A DNA stretch of 64,000 nucleotides from Minisyncoccota bacterium (GTDB lineage Bacteria > Patescibacteriota > Minisyncoccia > Phycocordibacterales > JAACPR01): NCBI GenBank assembly GCA_041674225.1, contig JBAYWG010000001.1:102501-166500 (forward strand), given 5' to 3'. A program made the position numbers and the translations under genes. Positions 1 through 8,846 of this stretch are shown in pieces. Every line of letters starts with the position of its first letter. Positions within the stretch are counted from its first letter, which is position 1. The notes under the pieces were generated by a model that ran no database searches, was not told the origin of the DNA, and was given only the letters and a program-made list of their open reading frames with translations.

Positions 1-876
1 CACGTAGGAGATGTTGTAACAGCTAAAGTTGTAGAAATCGGTGGATCAACAGGATACATTGAACTTTCTGTAAAAGAAGCTAAACAAGCTCTTATTTGGG
101 GTGAAGTTGAAGAAGCTATCAAAAACAAAACACCACTTGAACTTACAATTCAAGATGCAAATAAAGGAGGTCTACTTCTTTCATGGCAAGGTGTTCAAGG
201 ATTTTTGCCTGCATCTCAATTGAAACCAGAAAATTACCCTCGAGTACAAGATGGTGATAAAGAAAGAATTTTAGAAGAACTACAAAAATTAGTTGGAACA
301 AAAATGGTTGTTTCTATAATCGGAGCAACTGAAGATGATGGAAAACTAATCTTCTCTGAAAAAGATTCTGGTGAAGCTGGTGGAGAAAAAATTACAGACA
401 CATTTAACGTTGGTGATATTGTAGCTGGAGAAGTTACAGGTGCAGTTGATTTTGGAGTATTTGTAAAACTAAAAGAAGGTCTAGAAGGATTAGTTCACAT
501 TTCTGAAATTGATTGGGCTCTAGTAGAAGATCCACGACAATTCTATAGTGTTGGAGATTCTGTAAAAGTTAAAATTATTGAAATCAAAGACGGAAAAGTT
601 TCACTTTCAATCAAACAACTTAAAGAAAACCCTTGGGGTAGCGCAGCTGCTAAGTATAAGAAAGGTGACATCGTTAAAGGTGTTGTTATCAAATACAACA
701 AGCATGGTGCATTAGCTTCAATCGAAGAAGGAGTTGCTGGTTTGATTCACATTTCTGAATTTGAAAACGAAGAAGAGTTGAAGAGCAAAATGGAACTTGG
801 AAAGAGATATGATTTCAAGATCAATTTGTTTGAACCAAAAGAACAAAAGATGACTTTGTCTGCGAAGTTAGACTAA
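1..876 (+). CDS. rpsA: 30S ribosomal protein S1, C-terminal part (5' end outside window; track ORF 205..876 starts at an in-frame TTG, the frame is open back to nt 1)
   Basis: Repeated S1 domains (GDIV.G.V...G..V..G..G..H.SE). The reading frame continues without a stop from position 1. Confidence 0.85.
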   Translation, partial: HVGDVVTAKVVEIGGSTGYIELSVKEAKQALIWGEVEEAIKNKTPLELTIQDANKGGLLLSWQGVQGFLPASQLKPENYPRVQDGDKERILEELQKLVGTKMVVSIIGATEDDGKLIFSEKDSGEAGGEKITDTFNVGDIVAGEVTGAVDFGVFVKLKEGLEGLVHISEIDWALVEDPRQFYSVGDSVKVKIIEIKDGKVSLSIKQLKENPWGSAAAKYKKGDIVKGVVIKYNKHGALASIEEGVAGLIHISEFENEEELKSKMELGKRYDFKINLFEPKEQKMTLSAKLD

Positions 877-901
877 GTTAGGAAACAAAATATATTCATT
901 C

Positions 902-995
902 GGATATACGCGATAAAGAAAAAAGCGGGACGCAAAGCGTCCCGCTTTTTCTTTTCGCTGACGCTCGCCGTTTGGGACGGCTCCGAGACATATCC
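902..995. repeat. Structured intergenic repeat element, copy C. Core ACGCGATAAAGAAAAA, hairpin AGCGGGACG-CAAA-CGTCCCGCT, then TTTTTCTTTTCGCTGACGCTCGCC and a second hairpin, enclosed by a short outer IR GGATAT/ATATCC. The inner hairpin also serves as the rpsA terminator.
   Basis: Direct sequence comparison with the copies at 7663-7787 and 18961-19098 (reverse orientation). Flanks are conserved and the hairpin stem changes compensatorily. Confidence 0.5.
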
Positions 996-1063
996 TAAAT
1001 AATGTATTTTGTTTTAAATTTAAATTAAATTTGCAGATAAATGTTTTTGTGAAAGAAAAAACC

Positions 1064-1372
1064 TCAAGATTGAGGTTCAACTACTTCCTGAGTGTCGAGT
1101 AGTTTATAAGCAATCATTTCCAAATTAGTAAATATTGCATGACACCAAGATTGTATACCATCTTCGGTCTCAAACATGCAGACATAGGGGCAGTCTACGC
1201 GAATATCGACATCAGATGAAAACGTCCATCCCACAAATCCCCAACCATCTTGTTGAAGCAGCATTTCATAAGGACTTATCCTCATGCTTCTGGAACTTTT
1301 TTCAAGTGTAAATTTAATAGCACTAAGTCTTGGCAACATCTTCAAGACATCTGTTTCTGTCAGCTCTTTCAT
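1064..1372 (-). CDS. Hypothetical small protein (102 aa), GC-elevated
   Basis: ORF with protein-like composition. No recognisable motif. Confidence 0.45.
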   Translation of the reverse strand: MKELTETDVLKMLPRLSAIKFTLEKSSRSMRISPYEMLLQQDGWGFVGWTFSSDVDIRVDCPYVCMFETEDGIQSWCHAIFTNLEMIAYKLLDTQEVVEPQS

Positions 1373-1437
1373 AATTTATTTAAGATCTTTTATTTTAAAT
1401 CAAAATACACTAAACATTTAATGTGGTCAAAAGAAAA

Positions 1438-1464
1438 CGCGCAGGACGAAGGTCCTGCGCGTTT
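1438..1464 (-). terminator. Rho-independent terminator (CGCGCAGGAC-GAAG-GTCCTGCGCG) downstream of the 1467..1916 gene on the minus strand
   Basis: Perfect GC stem with an A-run on the plus side (a U-run on the minus transcript). Confidence 0.6.
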
Positions 1465-1466
1465 AA

Positions 1467-1916
1467 TTATGTAGCTTTTTTGTGAACTAAAGCGTAATGA
1501 ACAGACCTGAGTTTTGCATCCATCGGAACAAAATGCTGCTTGAGAATTCTGTCCCTGCCAAATGAAAAAGCTTTAAATCCAAAAATTGGACGATCAGACT
1601 GAATTTCAAACAAATCACCAAAACAGATGATGATTTTTTCTGACCATTCTTCCGGAAATCTTTCCGGGACAGTGAGTCCAGATTGTGGCATCCAACCAGA
1701 GTCAGCGACGTTTACATTTGCAAGGTGGCCATAAACTTCTTTAGCTCTTGGAAACTGAGCATACATCAAGCATTCTGGAATTAAAATATCCAAATCACCT
1801 GATATAATCTCGAAATGTATATGACGTCGAACGAGGTCCAGATAGTCATCCACACAAACAGTTTCATCTCCTTCAATAGTTTGAAGTTCGAAAATCTCTT
1901 TTCTTATAATATCCAT
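1467..1916 (-). CDS. Hypothetical protein (149 aa), GC-elevated
   Basis: ORF. No confident family assignment. Confidence 0.5.
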   Translation of the reverse strand: MDIIRKEIFELQTIEGDETVCVDDYLDLVRRHIHFEIISGDLDILIPECLMYAQFPRAKEVYGHLANVNVADSGWMPQSGLTVPERFPEEWSEKIIICFGDLFEIQSDRPIFGFKAFSFGRDRILKQHFVPMDAKLRSVHYALVHKKAT

Positions 1917-1978
1917 TTTTAGTTATTTGGGGTTCTGATTTCAAAAATGAATCTACAACTCCAAATATGTTTTGTCAA

Positions 1979-2572
1979 CTACCAAGAATTCACTTCGTTC
2001 GAAGCCAACAAATAATCTTTTTCAACAAAAATTTCGATTGCTTTGTGGGTGTTTTTTTCGATTTGTTTTAGAGCATCTAGTTCTGATGGTTTAAATTTAG
2101 ACAAAACGTGTTTTACCACAGCGTCTTCGCCTGAAACTTTTTTAACCTTTCCGCTTGGTGTCACAGGTGCAATCCCAATTCTCCAACGAGGAAATTCTTT
2201 TGTTTTAATTAATTTGATAATTGATTCAACACCTTTGTGTCCTCCAGAATTTTTATTAAAAGAAAGTTTTGTTTTCCCTACTCCCAAATCTAAATCATCA
2301 TAAATCACCAAAGTTTCTTTTGCCTGTTTTTTTGTCTTCACAAAATCAACTAAAGATTTACCAGAAAAATTCATATAGGTCTGCGGCAAAATCAAAGTAA
2401 TTTTTTCACCAACGATTTCTCCCTTAGAAATTAGAGCGTTTGATTTTTTATTAAAATTCCACTCTTCAAATTTATTTTTCTTTCGAAAACTTTCTACAAA
2501 ATCCCTTCCAATATTGTGTCGAGTGTTTTTATATTTATCATCAGGGTTTCCCAATCCAACAATTATTTTCAT
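1979..2572 (-). CDS. pth: Peptidyl-tRNA hydrolase (probable start at MKIIVGLGNP; the track ORF extends to 2590)
   Basis: N-terminal MKIIVGLGNP..Y..TRHN(I/A)G signature of Pth. Confidence 0.85.
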   Translation of the reverse strand: MKIIVGLGNPDDKYKNTRHNIGRDFVESFRKKNKFEEWNFNKKSNALISKGEIVGEKITLILPQTYMNFSGKSLVDFVKTKKQAKETLVIYDDLDLGVGKTKLSFNKNSGGHKGVESIIKLIKTKEFPRWRIGIAPVTPSGKVKKVSGEDAVVKHVLSKFKPSELDALKQIEKNTHKAIEIFVEKDYLLASNEVNSW

Positions 2573-2660
2573 ATTTTTAGATTGTATCACGACATCAAAA
2601 AACCCAAATGTTGCAGTATTGGTAACAAATGTATTAGAATAACCACTAATACATAACTCT

Positions 2661-3209
2661 ATGAATGAAAAAATTGGTAATTTCCTTAAAGAATTAATAA
2701 CTTTTGCAGCTGTGGCTGTCGTAATAGTGCTACCAATAAGGATATTTATCGCTCAACCCTTTATCGTAAGTGGTGAATCTATGTTCCCAACTTTTGAATC
2801 TGGACAATATTTAATAGTAGATCAGCTCTCATATAGAATGGGAGAACCAGTTCGTGGAGATGTGGTTGTTTTTAGATATCCACAAGACCCTTCAAAATTT
2901 TTCATCAAAAGAATTATCGCATTACCAAATGAAAAAATTCGAATTGAAGGAAAAAATGTAATCATCACAATGACTGACGGTACAGAAATCACACTAGACG
3001 AACCTTACATCACTCTCGAAAAAGAAAATAATATTTCAGAAACTCTCAACGATGATGAATATTTTGTGATGGGAGATAATCGGTTGGCAAGCTTGGACTC
3101 AAGAGTTTGGGGACCACTTAAAAAAGATATGATCACAGGAAGAGCTTGGCTTAGACTTTTACCGGTTGATAAAATTGATTTTTTACCAGGGGAATTTAAC
3201 AAATTATAA
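2661..3209 (+). CDS. lepB: Signal peptidase I
   Basis: GESMFPT (Ser box), KRIIALP..., GDNR..S.DSR motifs. N-terminal TM anchor. Confidence 0.85.
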   Translation: MNEKIGNFLKELITFAAVAVVIVLPIRIFIAQPFIVSGESMFPTFESGQYLIVDQLSYRMGEPVRGDVVVFRYPQDPSKFFIKRIIALPNEKIRIEGKNVIITMTDGTEITLDEPYITLEKENNISETLNDDEYFVMGDNRLASLDSRVWGPLKKDMITGRAWLRLLPVDKIDFLPGEFNKL

Positions 3210-3211
3210 AT

Positions 3212-4360
3212 ATGCAAAAAACACCTAAAACAGTTTCGAACGCATTCGTTATATCAAAATATTACGGTTTTGAAGGTGCCAGTATTCCAGAAGTAACAAA
3301 AGAAGATAAAGAACTTGCCGACAAAATACGAAAAGGTTCAACATACGAACACGCAGACATGCCTTCTTTGGAGCACAAAATTTCTCTTTTAAAACAACAC
3401 AAAGATAAAGACTTCGAAGAAAATGACCCAGTTTTGATGTATTGCGAATCTACAAATAAAGCAGGAAAAACAGTTGCTGGAGAAAAAAACATTCAGTTGC
3501 AAATTATCGGTACTCCTAAATCTATCGCCGAAGCACTTTTGATCAAAACAACTGTCTGCATCCTACAAGAAGAAGGGTACAAAGATATCGGAGTAGAAAT
3601 AAATAATGTTGGAGGAAAAGAATCTCTACCAAACTTTATTCGTGAATTAAATAATTACTACAAAAAACACGTAAACGATATGGACTCTGATTGTCGACAA
3701 CTTTTTAAAGAAGGTTCTCATGCCTTGGTTGCCTGCGGTGCGACATTAAAAAGTGAAATCAAACAAAACTCCCCTTCTCCTTTGAATTATTTAAATGAAA
3801 ATAATCGATCACACTTTAAAGAAGTTATCGAATATTTAGATGTAGAAGGAATTCCTTATGATGTTAATAAAGATATTTTAGGAAATCCAAACTATTCTAC
3901 AAACACAGTCTTTACAATCGTAGATAAAAAAACTGGGCATGTTTTAGCAACTGGTTCTAGATACAATCAACTTGCAAAAAAAGCTGGTCACAAAAAAGAT
4001 CTTCCAGGTATTGGAGTAACAATCAAATTGAGTAAAGCAAAGCAAGTTCCTTCTTCTAGACTTCCTAAATTGGCCAATACAAAATTCTTCTTCATTCAGA
4101 TCGGCTCACAAGCCAAATTCAAGAGTTTACAGGTTTTGGATATGTTGAGAAAAGCCAAAATTCCAGTACAACAAGTGATAACGCGAGAGAAAATAACCAA
4201 CCAAATAGCCAAGTCTAAGCACCTAAAATCGCCTTATGTATTGATTATGGGTCAAAAAGAAGCTATAGAAAACAGCGTTTTAGTGAGAGATGTGCAATCT
4301 CACAGCCAAACAGCCGTAAAGATTGAAAACTTGATAGATTACCTAAATAATCTTAAATAG
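3212..4360 (+). CDS. Class II aaRS of the HisRS family (atypical/short): HisRS insertion region, motif 3 and a C-terminal anticodon-binding domain, but a divergent or truncated N-terminal catalytic part
   Basis: Alignable to HisRS from the QFHQ-like region onward (…IQLQIIGT…GVEINNVG…, HF..V.EYLD..GIPY…TVFTIV, TGSRYNQLAKKAG…PGIGVTI as the GGRYDGL-type motif 3). The C-terminus is an HGTP_anticodon-like fold. Confidence 0.6.
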   Translation: MQKTPKTVSNAFVISKYYGFEGASIPEVTKEDKELADKIRKGSTYEHADMPSLEHKISLLKQHKDKDFEENDPVLMYCESTNKAGKTVAGEKNIQLQIIGTPKSIAEALLIKTTVCILQEEGYKDIGVEINNVGGKESLPNFIRELNNYYKKHVNDMDSDCRQLFKEGSHALVACGATLKSEIKQNSPSPLNYLNENNRSHFKEVIEYLDVEGIPYDVNKDILGNPNYSTNTVFTIVDKKTGHVLATGSRYNQLAKKAGHKKDLPGIGVTIKLSKAKQVPSSRLPKLANTKFFFIQIGSQAKFKSLQVLDMLRKAKIPVQQVITREKITNQIAKSKHLKSPYVLIMGQKEAIENSVLVRDVQSHSQTAVKIENLIDYLNNLK

Positions 4361-4412
4361 AGCATCTTACTTGTCGTCTTTTTAAAACTATGATAACCTA
4401 CGCTTCACAAAT

Positions 4413-4661
4413 ATGACATCAAATGTAGAGATAAAGAAAAATAAAAACGAAAACAATCTTAGTGTTATTAAGCGCTTTACTCGTCGTGTTCAAGAGTCTG
4501 GAGTTTTGCAAAGAGTTCGAGCAAACAGATATCTAGAAAGAGAAAAATCATCTAACGTACGAAAAGCAAAGAAATTAGTTTCATTAAAGAAAAGAGAAGT
4601 TTTTGATGAACTAGTTAAACTAGGAAAAATCTCAAACATCAGAACAAAGAAACGACGATAA
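4413..4661 (+). CDS. rpsU: 30S ribosomal protein S21
   Basis: IKRFTRRVQESGVLQRVRANRYLEREKSSNVRKAKK matches the S21 core. Confidence 0.8.
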   Translation: MTSNVEIKKNKNENNLSVIKRFTRRVQESGVLQRVRANRYLEREKSSNVRKAKKLVSLKKREVFDELVKLGKISNIRTKKRR

Positions 4662-4664
4662 GAT

Positions 4665-5045
4665 TTGATGCTAAATATTACAAACACAACAAAACAAAGT
4701 CCGATTTCGAAAGATTCGGACTTTGTTTGTATTTCAGAAAAGGTTTTAGGAAAAAGATATGATCTATCTTTAGTTTTTGTTGGTGAAAAAGCTGCAAAAA
4801 AATTAAACCAAGATTATCGAAAAGGTGATTATGTTCCAAATGTACTTTCATTTCCCCTTTCAGAAAGTGCCGGAGAAATTTTTATTTGTTTGAAAAAAAT
4901 TAAAAAAGAGTGTGAGGATTTTGAAATGACACCTGCTCAATATGAAAAATTTCTTTTCATTCACGGATGCCTCCACCTCAAAGGACACGATCATGGAGAC
5001 AAGATGGAAAAGCTAGAGAAAAAATTCATCAAGGAATTCTGCTAA
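4665..5045 (+). CDS. ybeY: Endoribonuclease YbeY (rRNA maturation factor)
   Basis: H..LHL.G.DH metal-binding motif (FIHGCLHLKGHDHGD). Confidence 0.75.
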   Translation: MMLNITNTTKQSPISKDSDFVCISEKVLGKRYDLSLVFVGEKAAKKLNQDYRKGDYVPNVLSFPLSESAGEIFICLKKIKKECEDFEMTPAQYEKFLFIHGCLHLKGHDHGDKMEKLEKKFIKEFC

Positions 5046-5108
5046 AAAACATAAGTTATACACAATAGTTTTTATTTTTTTCTGCTACAATAAAATAGAT
5101 TTTAATTT

Positions 5109-6329
5109 ATGTCTAAAAACATCGCCGTTGGAATTGATATTGGAACTTACCACGTAAAGGTTGTTATAGCCGAGTCTTCTGCTACGTCATACGGAATGCC
5201 AAATGTTTTGGGTGTTGGTTTTGCAGAATCAAAAGGACTTCGACATGGATATATCATCAATCAAGCAGATGCAATAAAAAGTATTCGTAAAGCTGTGCGG
5301 CAAGCAGAAAGAACAGCTGGTGTGAAGGTAAAAAAAGTTTTTATTTCAGTAGGTGGAATTGGTCTTTCTAGTTACACATCAACAGGTTCAATAATGATTA
5401 GTCGCGCCGACAACGAAATCACAGAATTAGATGTAGAAAAAGTTTTAGAAGAAACACAAAAAGCGATTCCTCAAACAATGTCGATCAACAAAAGAGTTGT
5501 TCACAATATCCCTATTCAATTTTTAATTGATGGAAAACCAGTTCTAGGATCAAATCCAATCGGAATGAAAGGAGTGAAGCTTGAAGCAAAAGTTTTATTT
5601 ATTTTTTCATTGGAGCATCACTTGGCAGAATTGATTCAAGCAGTAGAAGATTCTGGAATTGATATCGCAGATGTTATGGCCGCGCCTGTAGCAGCCAGTC
5701 TTGTATCTCTAACAAAAGCAGAGAAAATTGCCGGTGTTGTGCTTGCAAATATTGGCTCTGAGACTGTTTCAATCGTGGTACACGAAGATGGTATCCCAAT
5801 TTCATTAGAAGTCTTCCCTATTGGCTCAAATGACATCACAAATGATATTGCACTAGGACTTCAAGTGTCTCTAGAAGAAGCTGAATTGATAAAAACAGAA
5901 TTCGAAGTAGGAGCTGCTCCAATAAAACATCCTCGAAAAAAATTGGAAGATATCATCACGACAAGACTTTCAGATATTTTTGAATTAATTTCTGCTCACT
6001 TGAAAAAAATTGGAAAAAACGGATTGCTTCCTGCAGGAATTGTTATCACTGGTGGAGGAAGTGGAATCACGACGATCGAAGATTTAGCAAAAGCATATTT
6101 AAAACTTCCAACAAAAATTTCTAATTTAGTTTGTGATAGTCAAATTGCAGAATGCCTTCAGGATAAAGGAGTTGCAATAAAAGATGCGACATGGGCAGTG
6201 TCTTATGGACTTTGTGTTTTCGGATTGAGTGCGGATGGTAACGATATTATTTCTACAAACTTTGGAAAAAAATTCTTCAAAAGCATTTTGGTAAAAATAA
6301 CCAGATTTTTCAAACAATTTTTGCCATAA
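5109..6329 (+). CDS. ftsA: Cell division protein FtsA
   Basis: Actin-fold ATPase (VGIDIGT…, ITGGGS). Sits immediately upstream of ftsZ. Confidence 0.85.
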   Translation: MSKNIAVGIDIGTYHVKVVIAESSATSYGMPNVLGVGFAESKGLRHGYIINQADAIKSIRKAVRQAERTAGVKVKKVFISVGGIGLSSYTSTGSIMISRADNEITELDVEKVLEETQKAIPQTMSINKRVVHNIPIQFLIDGKPVLGSNPIGMKGVKLEAKVLFIFSLEHHLAELIQAVEDSGIDIADVMAAPVAASLVSLTKAEKIAGVVLANIGSETVSIVVHEDGIPISLEVFPIGSNDITNDIALGLQVSLEEAELIKTEFEVGAAPIKHPRKKLEDIITTRLSDIFELISAHLKKIGKNGLLPAGIVITGGGSGITTIEDLAKAYLKLPTKISNLVCDSQIAECLQDKGVAIKDATWAVSYGLCVFGLSADGNDIISTNFGKKFFKSILVKITRFFKQFLP

Positions 6330-6436
6330 TATAAGGTGTAGTCAAGTTTCGCACCGCTATTTTAAGTGCTATTATTCACCTTGTTAAAGAGGAGTTTTCG
6401 GCTAAAATCCGAATTATATTTATTAATTTTCAATAT

Positions 6437-7651
6437 ATGGCACAAATAAAAACAGAAATTGAGACATTCGCACGCATCAAAGTTATTGGTGTTGGTGGTT
6501 CTGGACGAAACGCAGTTGAGCACATGATTGACTCAAAAGTTCAAGGTGTTGAATTTATTACTGTAAATACAGATGCTCAAGATTTGCATCACTCTTCTGC
6601 TAAAAGAAAAATTCATATTGGAAAAAATCTAACTAAAGGACTTGGTACAGGAATGAACCCTGAACTTGGACGTCGTGCTGTAGAAGAAACTAAAGAAGAA
6701 GTTCAAGAAGCTATCAAAGGTGCTGACATGGTTTTCATCACTTGCGGACTTGGAGGAGGAACTGGTTCTGGAGCTAGCCCAATCGTGGCATCAATCGCAA
6801 AAGAAATGGGAATCCTAACCGTTGCAGTTGTGACAAAGCCATTCTTTTTTGAAGGACAACAAAGATCACGAATTGCCGAACAAGCTTTAAACGAATTACG
6901 ACAAGAAGTTGATGCTGTGATTTGTATTCCAAACGACAGACTTCTTTCAAACATTTCAAAAGAAACTACTTCAAAAGATGCTTGGATAATGTCTGATGAT
7001 GTTTTGAAACAAGCTGTTGAAGGTATTTCATATTTGATCACAACACCTGGAAAACTAAATGTCGATTTTGCCGACATTAAAACAATTCTAAAAGATGCAG
7101 GTTCTGCGCTTATGGGAATCGGTATTGCGAGCGGAGAGAAACGAGCCGAAGAAGCTGCAAAAATGGCTATCAGCTCACCTCTTTTGGATTTGTCAGTAAA
7201 TGGTGCTCGAGGTGTACTTTACTCAATCTCTGGAGGAGACGATGTAACAATGTTTGAGCTTCAAGAAGCTTCAAAAATTATCACTAGTTCCCTAGACCCT
7301 GAAGCAAAAGTTATTTTTGGAACAATCAACGATGATAATTTGAAAAAAGGAGATTTGAAAGTGACTGTGATTGCATCTGGTTTTCCTGATGATGTTGTAA
7401 ATAAATCCTTCTTCGCGGCTTATAACCCAAGAAAAAATGTAATCGAAACTCCTACAAAACATGAAGAAGAAAGAGAAGAAGAAACTGCATCAATTCTTGA
7501 AACTCTAAAAATTTCAAAGAAGGCTGATAAAAAAGAAGAGGAGGCGCCGGCTCCAGTGGTTGAGACTAAGAAAGAAATTACAAAGTTGCAGGATGATGAG
7601 GATGATGATTGGGCTGTTCCAAACTTTTTGAGACGATCTAAAATTAAGTAA
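6437..7651 (+). CDS. ftsZ: Cell division GTPase FtsZ
   Basis: GVGGSGRNAV and GGGTGSGASP tubulin signature. Acidic C-terminal tail. Confidence 0.95.
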   Translation: MAQIKTEIETFARIKVIGVGGSGRNAVEHMIDSKVQGVEFITVNTDAQDLHHSSAKRKIHIGKNLTKGLGTGMNPELGRRAVEETKEEVQEAIKGADMVFITCGLGGGTGSGASPIVASIAKEMGILTVAVVTKPFFFEGQQRSRIAEQALNELRQEVDAVICIPNDRLLSNISKETTSKDAWIMSDDVLKQAVEGISYLITTPGKLNVDFADIKTILKDAGSALMGIGIASGEKRAEEAAKMAISSPLLDLSVNGARGVLYSISGGDDVTMFELQEASKIITSSLDPEAKVIFGTINDDNLKKGDLKVTVIASGFPDDVVNKSFFAAYNPRKNVIETPTKHEEEREEETASILETLKISKKADKKEEEAPAPVVETKKEITKLQDDEDDDWAVPNFLRRSKIK

Positions 7652-7662
7652 ATATACGCAAC

Positions 7663-7787
7663 GCAAAATATTCTGTTATTTCGTACACGCGTTAAAACAA
7701 AAATGAGATGCTCTGCATCTCATTTTTGTTTTCCGCTATGCTCGGCCATCAGGCCTGCGCAATGTACTCAATAACAGAATATTTTGC
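7663..7787. repeat. Structured intergenic repeat element, copy A. Outer 18-bp IR GCAAAATATTCTGTTATT/AATAACAGAATATTTTGC enclosing ACGCGTTAAAACAAAAA, the terminator hairpin TGAGATGC-TCTG-CATCTCA, then TTTTTGTTTTCCGCTATGCTCGGCC-ATCA-GGCC…GCGCAA.
   Basis: The inverted repeats were read directly. The core aligns with the copies at 902-995 and 18961-19098. The inner hairpin (7704-7727) is the ftsZ terminator. Confidence 0.5.
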
Positions 7788-7888
7788 TTTATATATAATT
7801 ATTATCTTTATATCGTCTTAAAATGAGTTTTTCACAATATAGATGAATTGTGATAAAATTTGAGAATTAATATCCTAAAAACATTTAT

Positions 7889-8809
7889 ATGCAAGATTTG
7901 ATCATTATTGGAGGAGGGCCAGCTGGAGTGTCTGCTGGAGTATATGCTTCAAGAAAAAAACTAAAAACTATTTTAATTGCGAAAGATTTTGGTGGACAAT
8001 CAATCGTTTCAGACAGTATCGAAAACTGGATTGGAGACATCTCAATCCCCGGCCCTGATCTTGCAAAGAAATTTGAAAATCATTTAATGGCGTACGCTGG
8101 CGAAGATGTACAAGTAGTAAAAGGTGAATTCGCGCAAAAAGTTGAGAAGACTGAAAGTGGTTTCAAAGTCTCAACTGACAAAAACACTTATGAAGCCAAG
8201 GCCGTTTTAATCACAACAGGAAGCCACAGACGACGTTTAGAAGCTGAAAACGCCGACATGTTCGAACACAAAGGAATCACCTACTGTGCGTCTTGTGATG
8301 GACCGATGTTTACAGGAAAAGATGTGGTTGTGATAGGTGGAGGAAATGCAGGATTTGAATCTGCTGCGCAACTTTTAGCATACACAAACTCTGTAACTCT
8401 TTTAAATAGAAGCAACGAACTAAAAGCAGATCCTGTAACAGTTGAATCTGTTTTGAAAGACCCTAAAATGTCTTTGATAAAAAATGCTCAAATTCTAAAA
8501 ATTATTGGAGATAAATTTGTTTCTGGATTAATTTACAAAGACGCAGTGACGGGTGAAGAAAAAGAAATTGCTTGCCAAGGAATTTTTGTGGAAATCGGAA
8601 ATATCCCAACAACTGAAATGGTTCAAGGTGTAGTGCCTCTAGATGAATTCAACAGAATCAAGATTGATCCTTGGACACAAAGAACAGAAACAGATGGTAT
8701 CTGGGCCGCTGGTGATTGTACAAATATTATTTATCATCAAAACAACATTGCGGCAGGAGATGCTGTGAAAGCTTTGGAAGATATTTTCATTTGGGTAAAG
8801 TCTAAATAA
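7889..8809 (+). CDS. trxB: Thioredoxin-disulfide reductase
   Basis: GGGPAG FAD site, redox-active CASCDG, second GGGNAG NADPH site. Confidence 0.85.
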   Translation: MQDLIIIGGGPAGVSAGVYASRKKLKTILIAKDFGGQSIVSDSIENWIGDISIPGPDLAKKFENHLMAYAGEDVQVVKGEFAQKVEKTESGFKVSTDKNTYEAKAVLITTGSHRRRLEAENADMFEHKGITYCASCDGPMFTGKDVVVIGGGNAGFESAAQLLAYTNSVTLLNRSNELKADPVTVESVLKDPKMSLIKNAQILKIIGDKFVSGLIYKDAVTGEEKEIACQGIFVEIGNIPTTEMVQGVVPLDEFNRIKIDPWTQRTETDGIWAAGDCTNIIYHQNNIAAGDAVKALEDIFIWVKSK

Positions 8810-8811
8810 AA

Positions 8812-8833
8812 AGACTCTCTGTAAAGAGAGTCT
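8812..8833. terminator. Hairpin AGACTCTCT-GTAA-AGAGAGTCT between the convergent trxB(+) and 8847..9158(-) genes. The T-run is on the minus side.
   Basis: Perfect 9-bp stem. Confidence 0.5.
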
Positions 8834-8846
8834 GATTGGTTGGGGT

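Noticed and set aside
868-1474. Small ORFs 868..1080 (-) and 1250..1474 (+)
   Set aside because: They span terminator hairpins and the repeat element, or overlap the opposite-strand hypothetical gene. Their composition is dominated by translated A/T runs.
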